Assembly: GCA_965242635.1 (NCBI GenBank)
Contig: OZ251471.1
Coordinates: forward strand, 1,426,769-1,490,768
Direction of reading: 5' to 3'
Length of the DNA stretch: 64,000 bases
Source of the DNA: Bdellovibrionales bacterium
Lineage (GTDB): Bacteria > Bdellovibrionota > Bdellovibrionia > Bdellovibrionales > UBA1609
Shown here: positions 9,327-17,700 of the stretch, piece by piece
Numbering within the stretch: the first letter of the stretch is position 1
Layout of the letters: each line of letters opens with the position of its first letter
Made by a program: the position numbers and the translations under genes
Notes under the pieces: generated by a model
The model's input: the letters and a program-made list of their open reading frames with translations, nothing else
The model's database searches: none
What the model was told of the DNA's origin: nothing

Positions 9327-9394
9327 AATATATATTACGGATTTTTCCTCTGCTTTATTTAATTTTTATGGGCCTGATAAAAGAGAACCTGTTT

Positions 9395-10597
9395 TTACGA
9401 AGAAAAGAGCTTTTGAGCGGACTGCATAAGTTTGGAGAGGCTTAATATTTTGGCCCCCTGCCGGGAATAAAATTCCTCCTCCCCACTATAAACAATGTAC
9501 GCTTCTGTGGCTTGTATGTCTTCAACAGCCTGATAAAAACCTCGTGGAATCTTGGGGGCCAGGCCTTTTTTTATTTCCACAGCCCATATATGCCGGCCAA
9601 AGGCAATAATGAGATCAATTTCCGCCCCCGCCAAAGTGCGGTAAAAAAACAACTCAGCTCCCCTTGGCAGGACAGATATTATATTCTCTATCACAAAAGC
9701 CTCCCAGCTGGCTCCCACAACAGGATGAGACAAAAGCTGATGACCATCATGGATACCCAACAGGTTATGAACCAGTCCACTGTCTCTGATATACACACGG
9801 GGAGCTTTTATCAGTCTTTTTCGTATATTGGTGCGATAGGGTTTTAAGCAACGTAAAAGCAAAAGCTCTGTTAAAATATCCACATAATATTTAATGGTCT
9901 TGGCACTCATATCCATATTGCCGGCCAAAGAGGAAAAATTTAAAGTCTGGCCCTGCAAATAAGCCAGCATGGTCCATAAGCGTCGTATCCTTTCCGAAGG
10001 CACACGAACCCACTGGGGAATATCCCTCTCTATATAAGTCCGGATAAAATCTCCCCGCCAGTCATAGCTGACACGATCATTTTTGGCGAGATAACTTTCT
10101 GGAAAGCCCCCCCGGACCCAGAGCTTTTGTTTGTTCTGGACAGGTAATTCCATTAAATTAAACCCTGTCATTTCAAAATAACTTATACGACCGGCCAGGC
10201 TTTCGGAGGACTGTTTTAACAGATCCACTCCCGCGGATCCCAGAATCAAAAACTGGGCCCCTTTTTTCCCTGCTCTTCGTCCCTCATCCACCAAGCCCCG
10301 CAAAATCATAAACAAATCGGGCTTTCTGTGAATTTCATCTAAAATGATCAATTTATCCTTGTTTTGAGAGAGGAACATCAGAGGATTTTCCAGCCTGGCC
10401 AGATCGGCTGGAGATTCCAAGTCCAAATAAAGAGAAGGGCAGGTTTTGGCTATGCTGAGGGCCAAAGTGGTCTTGCCCACCTGCCTTGGCCCCAAAAGGG
10501 CTATGACAGACTGATTTTGCATGGCCTCTTTCAGGCTAAAAAGGAGGTGTCGTTTAACCATACCTTGTATTTTAGGATATAAATTCCCAATTTGCAA
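9395..10597 (-). CDS. AAA ATPase of the AAA_14 + DUF4143 type
   Basis: Walker A 'LLGPRQVGKTTLA', Walker B 'LIILDEIH', typical ~400-aa architecture. Confidence 0.8.
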   Translation of the reverse strand: MQIGNLYPKIQGMVKRHLLFSLKEAMQNQSVIALLGPRQVGKTTLALSIAKTCPSLYLDLESPADLARLENPLMFLSQNKDKLIILDEIHRKPDLFMILRGLVDEGRRAGKKGAQFLILGSAGVDLLKQSSESLAGRISYFEMTGFNLMELPVQNKQKLWVRGGFPESYLAKNDRVSYDWRGDFIRTYIERDIPQWVRVPSERIRRLWTMLAYLQGQTLNFSSLAGNMDMSAKTIKYYVDILTELLLLRCLKPYRTNIRKRLIKAPRVYIRDSGLVHNLLGIHDGHQLLSHPVVGASWEAFVIENIISVLPRGAELFFYRTLAGAEIDLIIAFGRHIWAVEIKKGLAPKIPRGFYQAVEDIQATEAYIVYSGEEEFYSRQGAKILSLSKLMQSAQKLFSS

Positions 10598-10616
10598 GGA
10601 TAAAAAGTGGTTTCAC

Positions 10617-11903
10617 CTAATATTGGGCTTTCAGAAAGGCATTCAGGTTGTTTAAAGCCATACGATCCTGTTTCATGGTGTTTCGGTGGCGAATGGTGGC
10701 TTGATGGTCTTTAAGGGAATCGAAGTCGATGGTGACACAAAAAGGGGTGCCGGTTTCGTCCTGTCGCCGGTATCTTTTTCCAATACTGCCAGTTTCATCC
10801 TGCTCCACACGCCAGTCCTTTCTTAACTCCTGGCCCACTTTATCGGCCAGGGACATAAGCTCCTCCTTTTTGCTCAAAGGCAAAACCGCCACCTGATGAG
10901 GGGCAAGCCCAGGCTTTAAGTCCAAAAACACCCTCTGCTCCCCTTTCACCTCCTCCTCCCTGTAGGCAGAACAGAGCAAAGCCAGGATCAGACGATCCAA
11001 ACCAATGGAGCTTTCCACCACATGGGGAATACAGGCTTTCCCTGTATCCGGATCAAACCAGCTCAGGTTTTTCCCGCTGTGTTTTTGATGTTGTTTCAGG
11101 TCAAAATCCCCACGATTATGGATGCCTTCCAGCTCTTTCCAGCCTATGGGAAACAGAAACTCCAAGTCCAGGGCTTTTTTGGCGTAATGTGCCAGCTCCT
11201 CTGGCCCATGCTCCCTGATTCTGAGGCTCTGTTCCTTTAAGCCCATCTTCAACAAAAAGCTTTTTCTTTCTTTCAGCCAGTATTCAAAATGTGTGTCAGC
11301 CTTCTCCTCTTTGGTGAAATACTGCATTTCCATTTGTTCAAACTCCCGGCAACGAAAAATAAAATTTCCAAGGGTGATTTCATTCCTGAAGGCCTTGCCC
11401 ACCTGGGCCACACCGAAGGGGAGTTTTTTTCGCATGGAGGCCTGAACATTTAAAAAGTTAACATAAATGCCCTGAGCTGTCTCCGGGCGAAGATACACCA
11501 AAGAGGAGGAGTCCTCCAAAGGCCCGGCATGGGTCTTGAACATCAGGTTGAAATCCCTTGGTTCTGTGAGATTTTGGGAGCCACAGCGGGGGCATTGGGC
11601 TTTTTCCTCCCGGCGAAAGCGAAAACGGCAGTTTTTGCAATCCACCAAAGGGTCAGAAAAGCTTTCCACATGGCCTGAAGCCTGCCACACTTCCGGACGC
11701 AGGAGTATGGAGGAGTCCAGTCCCACCACATCCGGGCGATGCACCATATCCTTCCACCATTCCTCCCTGACATTGAGTTTCAGTTGTGCACCCAAAGGCC
11801 CATAATCGTAGCAGGCACTCAAGCCCCCATAGATCTCGCTGGAGGGAAAAATAAAACCCCGCCTCTTGCAAAGGGAAACAAGGGTGTTCATATCCTTTAA
11901 CAT
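10617..11903 (-). CDS. glyQS: Glycine--tRNA ligase (dimeric class II type)
   Basis: '[32 protein letters not shown]', '[14 protein letters not shown]', '[28 protein letters not shown]'. Confidence 0.9.
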   Translation of the reverse strand: MLKDMNTLVSLCKRRGFIFPSSEIYGGLSACYDYGPLGAQLKLNVREEWWKDMVHRPDVVGLDSSILLRPEVWQASGHVESFSDPLVDCKNCRFRFRREEKAQCPRCGSQNLTEPRDFNLMFKTHAGPLEDSSSLVYLRPETAQGIYVNFLNVQASMRKKLPFGVAQVGKAFRNEITLGNFIFRCREFEQMEMQYFTKEEKADTHFEYWLKERKSFLLKMGLKEQSLRIREHGPEELAHYAKKALDLEFLFPIGWKELEGIHNRGDFDLKQHQKHSGKNLSWFDPDTGKACIPHVVESSIGLDRLILALLCSAYREEEVKGEQRVFLDLKPGLAPHQVAVLPLSKKEELMSLADKVGQELRKDWRVEQDETGSIGKRYRRQDETGTPFCVTIDFDSLKDHQATIRHRNTMKQDRMALNNLNAFLKAQY

Positions 11904-11920
11904 AAACCAGATAATAGGCC

Positions 11921-12127
11921 AAAACCCTTGGGGCTGTCAAAGCCAGCTGGGCCACAGCCTCCCTCAAGCTCAAAGCTGGCCAAAAAAAACCTTCAGCCTG
12001 TCAAAGAGCGGGCACAGGCAGGCCCACAAAAAACCCTTGGGGCTGTCAAAGCCAGCTGGGTCACAGCCTCCCTCAAGCTCAAAGCTGGCCAAAAAAACCT
12101 TCAGCCTGTCAAAGAGCGGGCACAGAG
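11921..12127. repeat. 109-bp tandem repeat x ~1.9 between the sodC 3' end and the glyQS start
   Basis: CCCTTGGGGCTGTCAAAGCCAGCTGGG... starts at 11925 and 12034. Confidence 0.9.
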
Positions 12128-12129
12128 GC

Positions 12130-12726
12130 TTACTTCCCTTTCTTGGGATTATCCTCTTTTTTGGGCTGGTCCGGCTTTTTGGGCTGGACATAGCCAATAA
12201 TCCCACAGGCCCTGTAGGGACCGGCCTTCCCTGAGGGCTGGCTTTTTAAATCATCCGCATGGGCATGGACAATAACGGACTTTCCGCCGGCTTTACGAAA
12301 GCACATTTTCACTTCTTTTTCATACACGGCCTTGCCTTTTGAGTCGGCTGTTAGATTGCCCAAGTCCCCCCAGTGTCTTTTTTTGTTGTCTGCAGAGCCG
12401 TGGGGATGGCCTTTGGGGTTCCAGTGTGCCCCTGCGTTTTGACCGTCTTTTCGGCAATCCCCGTATTGATGAATATGAAAGCCATGTTTTTTGTTGGGGG
12501 TGAGTCCTGTGATTTCTGCCCGGACCAGTACTGCTTTTTTCCTGATTTTTTTAAAGTGCACCCATCCCCGGACCTGACTTTTGTTGACAGGGTTCATAAG
12601 GGCCATGCCCTCTTTTTTGTGGCACTTGTGACGCTTGTGGTGTGCACAGGACACACTCAAAAAGCTCAATCCGAGCAAAAACAGTCCAACCCTGTAAAAA
12701 GGGCTTGTTTTGTATTGTGTTTTCAT
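12130..12726 (-). CDS. sodC: Cu/Zn superoxide dismutase, exported
   Basis: 'GFHIHQYGDC', 'GAHWNPKGHPHG', 'HWGDLGNL', 'VIVHAHADD', 'ACGII'. N-terminal signal peptide. Lys/Pro-rich C-terminal tail. Confidence 0.9.
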   Translation of the reverse strand: MKTQYKTSPFYRVGLFLLGLSFLSVSCAHHKRHKCHKKEGMALMNPVNKSQVRGWVHFKKIRKKAVLVRAEITGLTPNKKHGFHIHQYGDCRKDGQNAGAHWNPKGHPHGSADNKKRHWGDLGNLTADSKGKAVYEKEVKMCFRKAGGKSVIVHAHADDLKSQPSGKAGPYRACGIIGYVQPKKPDQPKKEDNPKKGK

Positions 12727-12773
12727 ATTATAACTCCTTGGTTATTTGGTTTTGGGGCCGATGGCCATGTGTC

Positions 12774-12793
12774 ATTCCCGCGAAAGCGGGAAT
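12774..12793. repeat. REP-like palindrome ATTCCCGC-GAAA-GCGGGAAT
   Basis: Perfect 8-bp stem with a GAAA loop. Same element at 23676, 23744, 23812 and 53832. Confidence 0.9.
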
Positions 12794-12973
12794 CTGGTCG
12801 TCCATTGTTATTGTGGCCAGCGGGACCCTGATTGGACATATTATTGTGGCCCTTCTTTTTTGGGGTTGCAACATATTTTTTGGGTTTGCAGACAAAAAAA
12901 CCGGCCTAACTTTAAAATGACACCTGAAAAAGGTTAAATTTTTCCCTTTTAGTCTGTCCAGCAAGCAAAGGCT

Positions 12974-13014
12974 GTGCTTGTTCGGGACGCCCACCCCGTG
13001 TGGGAGGGATTTTT
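12974..13014. repeat. ~41-nt element end, inverted partner of 15719-15760
   Basis: GTGCTTGTTCGGGACGCCCACCCCGTGTGGGAGGGATTTTTC. Its reverse complement recurs at 15.72 kb with 1 mismatch and 1 indel. Confidence 0.85.
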
Positions 13015-13020
13015 CAGGGG

Positions 13021-13638
13021 CTACAAAAGGGGGTAATGGGCACAGTTTTCAGACACAATGGAGAACTCCTTCAGTTGGGCGGACCTGAGCTTTTTGGCAC
13101 CGGGGAGCTTTTTAAAGGTTTTTTTCTGCCATTGCTCAAGAGCCACTGGACCATAGAAAAAAAGAGCCTGTTTCTTTATCAGGCAAAAAAGAGACATATC
13201 CGCTTCAGAAAACCAGTTTAATTTGTCCTGGTAGGCGGTGGGGGGCTTATCCCCCCAGGCCAGCCGAATCATGAGGCTGTAGAGGGAAAACATCTTCTTT
13301 TTGACCTCGCTTAAAGAGGCAAACTCTTTTCGGCAGGAATGGGAAACCAGCCTGAAGTCGCGGATGAACTTTCTGGTTCTGGAAAAAAGGCCATAGCATC
13401 TTCCGGGAGAGTTGTTGTGTTTTTTGCAGGTTTCTATCATGACATCCATAAGAGGCTCTTTTCTGGTTTTCACATTGGGGTCTTTGTAGAGCCAGCCTTT
13501 TTGGCTTTGTTTAAAATTTTCTATCTGTGTCCGGCAGACAGTGTGTGGAGGGTCTTCAGCCACTATAAAAATAATGGCTGTGGCCAAAACCAAAATCACC
13601 AGTATTGTTTTGGGAAGGGACAAAAGTATGTTAAGCAT
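13021..13638 (-). CDS. Membrane-anchored hypothetical protein
   Basis: N-terminal TM 'TILVILVLATAIIFIVA'. No recognised domain. Confidence 0.5.
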   Translation of the reverse strand: MLNILLSLPKTILVILVLATAIIFIVAEDPPHTVCRTQIENFKQSQKGWLYKDPNVKTRKEPLMDVMIETCKKHNNSPGRCYGLFSRTRKFIRDFRLVSHSCRKEFASLSEVKKKMFSLYSLMIRLAWGDKPPTAYQDKLNWFSEADMSLFCLIKKQALFFYGPVALEQWQKKTFKKLPGAKKLRSAQLKEFSIVSENCAHYPLL

Positions 13639-13840
13639 TGCCTGACCCTTTTCATTGACCGTGGGGGCTTGCCTTCCCCTCGTGGTCTGCCTTCTGCCAG
13701 TGGCCCGCCTTCCCCTGAACAGACCTTGTGGTTTTCCAATGGCTTTTTGAAGTTTTAAGGGGGGCTTTGCCTCAAGTCAACAAAAATCGCCCCAAAAAGC
13801 CATAAAAAAATTTGACAAAAGCTGTTTTCAAAGCTACAGA

Positions 13841-14299
13841 GTGAAAAAAACCATTGGAAGGAGGTGCTGTATGTGCTTAAAAAAAATCAAGCAGTGTTTG
13901 TGGGAGAGGGCAAGCTCTCTCTATCAGGAGTGGGCAGAGTTGGTGTTGAGGGTGGTGGCCGGGGTCTTTATGTTGACGCATGGCTACGGAAAACTCTCCT
14001 CTTTTTCAGAAAAAGCGGACTTTTTCCCTGATCCTTTGGGCATAGGCTCTGCTTTAAGTCTGGGATTGGCCACTTTTGCGGAGTTTTTTTGTGCTGTTTT
14101 GCTGATAGTGGGGCTTTTTACCCGTTTTGTCGCCCTTAACATCCTGATAACCATGCTGGTGGCGGGGTTGATCTTTCATTCTGCCGATCCTTTTGGCAAA
14201 AAAGAGCTGGCTTTGCTTTACGCCGTGATTTTTCTTTATTTCACTGTCGCCGGGGGTAACCGCCTGAGTTTGGACCACTACTTAAAAAAACTGTTTTAA
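13841..14299 (+). CDS. DoxX-family membrane protein (start uncertain)
   Basis: 'LVLRVVAGVFMLTHGYGKL' plus three further TM segments. Confidence 0.75.
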   Translation: MKKTIGRRCCMCLKKIKQCLWERASSLYQEWAELVLRVVAGVFMLTHGYGKLSSFSEKADFFPDPLGIGSALSLGLATFAEFFCAVLLIVGLFTRFVALNILITMLVAGLIFHSADPFGKKELALLYAVIFLYFTVAGGNRLSLDHYLKKLF

Positions 14300-14313
14300 G
14301 CTCTTGACCCACC

Positions 14314-15255
14314 TTATCGTGTAGCCCCGGACTTTTCGGATGGTGACTTCTGTGACCGGGCTTCCTGTCCCTTTTGGTTTTGAAGTTCCTGTAGATATTG
14401 TTTGTTTTTATAGTCCGCAATAGTGCCCACAAAAAAAGCTTTTTCTGGTTTTTTTGCCTTATGACAATTATCAGCTGTAGGACAGTCATCCCCTGCCGAC
14501 TGGCAAGCGACAGACACTAAAACCTCCACCTCATCCTGTTTACATTGCACTTGACCGGAACAAAAACCACCACATCCTTTTGTTTTTATGTATGTGGGAC
14601 TCACAACCCAGGAACATTTTTTTGGAGGTGTAAATTCCACTCCTCCCCTACTGAGCCACGGAGTTGGGATAAAACCACTAAAGCCTTGAGACTTTAAATA
14701 TTCTGCCAAATCAGGCGACACTTGAGTCCCTTGCAAATTCGCTCTTTCAAAATTGGCTCCTTCCCACCTCACTCCTCTCAAATCTGCCCCGCTTAAATCC
14801 GCCGATTGCAGGTCCGCCCGGCGCAAATCCACATATCGTGCATCTACATTTTTCAACTTTGCACCGTTTAACTTTGCATCGTTCAAATATGTAGAAAATA
14901 AAAATGAACCTTCAAAGTCCACCCCTCGTGCATCTGCCCCTTCCAAATTTGCACTGGATAAATGTGTATCTCGCAACTTGGCCTTGTTCAACTTTGCACC
15001 TTGGAAGTTTGCATAAACCAGAGTGGCCCCATAAAAATCCGTCTCTTCCAAAATCGCATGATTAAAATTTGCGTTCATAAGATTTGACTTTTGAAAATTA
15101 GCCCCGGTCTGATTACTTTGTGAGAAATCCACCCTTGGCAAATCACAGCCATTCAAATTTTTGCCTCTCCCTCTAAAATTCTTAACATTACATCCTTGAG
15201 AGACGGCTGACGGAACAAAAGAAAAAGTGGCAATGACCAAAATTATTGCTTTCAT
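14314..15255 (-). CDS. Secreted pentapeptide-repeat protein with Cys-rich C-terminal domain
   Basis: Signal peptide, then a long run of A(D/N)LXX pentapeptides ('ANFQKSNLMNANFNHAILEETDF..'). Confidence 0.85.
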   Translation of the reverse strand: MKAIILVIATFSFVPSAVSQGCNVKNFRGRGKNLNGCDLPRVDFSQSNQTGANFQKSNLMNANFNHAILEETDFYGATLVYANFQGAKLNKAKLRDTHLSSANLEGADARGVDFEGSFLFSTYLNDAKLNGAKLKNVDARYVDLRRADLQSADLSGADLRGVRWEGANFERANLQGTQVSPDLAEYLKSQGFSGFIPTPWLSRGGVEFTPPKKCSWVVSPTYIKTKGCGGFCSGQVQCKQDEVEVLVSVACQSAGDDCPTADNCHKAKKPEKAFFVGTIADYKNKQYLQELQNQKGQEARSQKSPSEKSGATR

Positions 15256-15334
15256 AATTGTTTTGTCGGCTCGATCTGCCCGGACCTTTAGAGCCAGCTT
15301 GATTCTTTTGGATAATCCAGACTTAGGGCTGGCT

Positions 15335-15553
15335 TTATTCCATGTCTTCGGCTATGGTGTTAAGGACCCTATACCAAGCTGTGATAACCCAGCCGGAGTC
15401 AGCTGGCTCTCCTTTCTCTATGTTCACTACTGTGGCTATAGCCATGGCCACCCCCAGGCAGGCCACGATGAGCAGAACATACTCCACTATCACCACCCCT
15501 TTTTTCTTTGAGAGGGGGCCTTTGACACCAGCTGATCTTTTTTGACATTTCAT
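15335..15553 (-). CDS. Possible Flp/Fap-type (class III signal) pilin-like small protein
   Basis: 'KKKGVVIVEYVLLIVACLGVAMAIA' resembles the G/xxxxEY Flp processing motif plus hydrophobic helix. No tad genes nearby. Confidence 0.45.
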   Translation of the reverse strand: MKCQKRSAGVKGPLSKKKGVVIVEYVLLIVACLGVAMAIATVVNIEKGEPADSGWVITAWYRVLNTIAEDME

Positions 15554-15718
15554 GTTTTACATCTCCCTTCGTAAGGGGAAAACACCCCAAAAGTGCGGAA
15601 CCTGCTGTCATGATCATGGCATAGCTTTAAAACAGACACAAGCAAATTGTCTTGATTATTCATAAAACCTTGAACCCATCTTATATTGGGGATATATACA
15701 ATTAGAACTTGAGACGGG

Positions 15719-15868
15719 GCGAAAAATCCCTCCCACGGGGTGGGCGTCCCGAATAAGCACCCCATTTTGCTTGTGGAGCTTAATAACAAGTTTTTCACAG
15801 GCCACCATTTATAACGGCACAAACTTTGGACATAAGTGAATTAAAGGTTTTTCACAGGCCACCATTTA
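15719..15868. repeat. Dispersed structured-element copy (inverted relative to the 53.6-kb copies), upstream of murC
   Basis: Contains GTTTTTCACAGGCCACCATTTAT twice (15790, 15847). Its reverse complement aligns with 53603-53700. Confidence 0.7.
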
Positions 15869-15891
15869 TGGCACAGGGAGAACAAATAACC

Positions 15892-17415
15892 ATGAAAACA
15901 GCCCGGCCAAAAGTGCAAAAGCCGTCCTCACCGGCCCTTTCCCCTCCTCTTGGAGTGAGGGTGCATTTTGTGGGCATTGGGGGCATAGGCATGTGCGGGC
16001 TGGCAGAGCTCCTGCACAACTCAGGCAGTGTGGTGACAGGCAGTGACTTGGTGGAAAACCAGCAGGTCCAAAGGCTTAAAAGCCTTGGCATTCCTGTTTT
16101 CAAAGGGCACAAAAAAGCCCACTTGAGCCGGGCGGAAATAGTGGTCAAATCCAGTGCAGTTTCAGAAAGCAATGTGGAGATTCAAAGGGCCCGGTCCCAA
16201 AAAATCCCTGTGCTCCAAAGATCAGAGGCTTTGGCAGAGGTTATGCGATTGAAGCGGGGGTTGGTGGTGGCCGGAACGCATGGCAAAACCACCACCACAC
16301 ATTTACTGTCCCTTATGTTTGTCCGCAACAAAAAAGATCCCACAGTGGTTATAGGGGGTCGCTCTCACCTGTTTAAGTCCACGGCTTTTTTGGGAAAGGG
16401 GGAGTGGTTTATTGCCGAATCGGACGAAAGTGATGGAGGTTTTAAACACCTTTCCCCTGAAATAGCCCTTATCACCAATATCGATCAGGATCATGTGGAT
16501 TACTATGGTTCTTTTGAAAAACTGAAACAGGCTTTTTTGAACTTTGCTCTCAAAACCCCTTTTTATGGCACAGTGGTGGCCTGTGGGGACGATCCGGTTT
16601 TGCGAAAAATGCTGAGCACTTTAAACAGAAAAGTCATTTTTTATGGATTTAACCCCGACAATCATTTTGTGTTAAAAAAAACAGGCCCTCTCAAGTATCA
16701 GGTGTTGGGGCTTCCTGTGACGGGAAAGAGGATCTCTCATCAGTATAAAAAGCTGGGGGCTATGAATATGCCTCTTTACGGTTCCATGAACGGCTTGAAT
16801 GCGTTGGGAGCCATAGCCTCTGCCATGAGTGCCGGGCTTTCTTTTGAGGCTTGCGTGAAAAGCCTTAAAAAATTTAAAGGCATAGACCGTCGATTCCAAA
16901 AAAAAGGGGAGGCCTGTGGCATGGAATTTTACGATGATTACGCCCATCACCCCACAGAAATAAAGGCGGTGCTCTCTGCTTTCAGGGAAAAATGGGGCAA
17001 AAAAAAAAGACTGATTGTGCTGTTTCAACCTCATCGTTTTTCCCGCACCAAGGCCTGCTGGCAGGATTTTCTCACCTGTTTTGAAGAGGCCGACTGCGTG
17101 TTTTTAATGGACATTTACCCGGCAGGGGAGAGGCCTTTGAAAGGCATATCCTCGGCCACTTTGGTCAGGGAGCTGAAACACCCACTGGCTTTTTATCTGC
17201 CGGACAAGCCGGGGGAACAGGCCCTGAAAGCACAAGGTGGATTAAAGCCCGCCGGCAAAGTGGGGGGGAGCTTGACACCCAAGCCACAGATTAAGCGGGG
17301 TGAGGCACTTTCTTTGCCGGCTTTTTTGAAAAAGGGGGATGTGTTGATCACGATGGGGGCGGGATCGGTCTATAAAGAGGGGGAGAAATGGCTCTCTTTT
17401 TTTAAGGGCGATTAA
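15892..17415 (+). CDS. murC: UDP-N-acetylmuramate--L-alanine ligase
   Basis: 'VHFVGIGGIGMCGLAELL', 'VAGTHGKTTTT', 'ESDESDG', 'DDYAHHPTEI'. ATG 15892 preferred (GGAG upstream); the ORF is open from 15826. Confidence 0.9.
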   Translation: MKTARPKVQKPSSPALSPPLGVRVHFVGIGGIGMCGLAELLHNSGSVVTGSDLVENQQVQRLKSLGIPVFKGHKKAHLSRAEIVVKSSAVSESNVEIQRARSQKIPVLQRSEALAEVMRLKRGLVVAGTHGKTTTTHLLSLMFVRNKKDPTVVIGGRSHLFKSTAFLGKGEWFIAESDESDGGFKHLSPEIALITNIDQDHVDYYGSFEKLKQAFLNFALKTPFYGTVVACGDDPVLRKMLSTLNRKVIFYGFNPDNHFVLKKTGPLKYQVLGLPVTGKRISHQYKKLGAMNMPLYGSMNGLNALGAIASAMSAGLSFEACVKSLKKFKGIDRRFQKKGEACGMEFYDDYAHHPTEIKAVLSAFREKWGKKKRLIVLFQPHRFSRTKACWQDFLTCFEEADCVFLMDIYPAGERPLKGISSATLVRELKHPLAFYLPDKPGEQALKAQGGLKPAGKVGGSLTPKPQIKRGEALSLPAFLKKGDVLITMGAGSVYKEGEKWLSFFKGD

Positions 17416-17434
17416 ATATGGGGCTTGGATCAGC

Positions 17435-17463
17435 TTGACTTTTTGTTCTGAATCGAGTATATT
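17435..17463 (+). promoter_or_regulatory. Candidate sigma70-type promoter
   Basis: TTGACT - 17 nt - TATATT, 20 nt after the murC stop and ~165 nt before ATG 17631. Confidence 0.4.
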
Positions 17464-17644
17464 AATCGTATTTGAAAATGCAAGGTTCCAATCTGGACAG
17501 GAGGGCAAAACCTCATCAGCGACACCCTTTTCAAAAGGCAGGACCTGCCTCGCGGGTTCTGCCTGCCCCAAGCCAGTTTGGTTTAACTTATTCTAAAGAG
17601 CAATGAAACATTTTTTTATAAAATATGGCTATGAAAAATTCCCA

Positions 17645-17658
17645 CCCCCCCCCCCCCC
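17645..17658. repeat. Homopolymeric C14 tract inside the 5' coding region of the lipoprotein gene
   Basis: Counted directly: 6 C (17645-17650) + 8 C (17651-17658). Confidence 0.95.
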
Positions 17659-17700
17659 GCACCGCGTCATAAGTGGTGGGGTTGTCTGATTGTATCTCTT

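Noticed and set aside
12642-12994. ORFs 12642..12920 (+), 12746..12937 (+) and 12728..12994 (-) between sodC and the 13-kb gene
   Set aside because: They are built on the REP hairpin (peptides 'VIPAKAGIW' / 'IPAFAGMT') and flanking repeat DNA, a typical source of spurious hypothetical proteins.
17464-17630. Riboswitch (for example c-di-GMP class) in the ~165-nt leader of the lipoprotein gene
   Set aside because: Only a loose resemblance (GGGCAAAACC). The conserved GEMM elements (such as ACGCAAAGC) are not present. It cannot be supported without a covariance-model scan.
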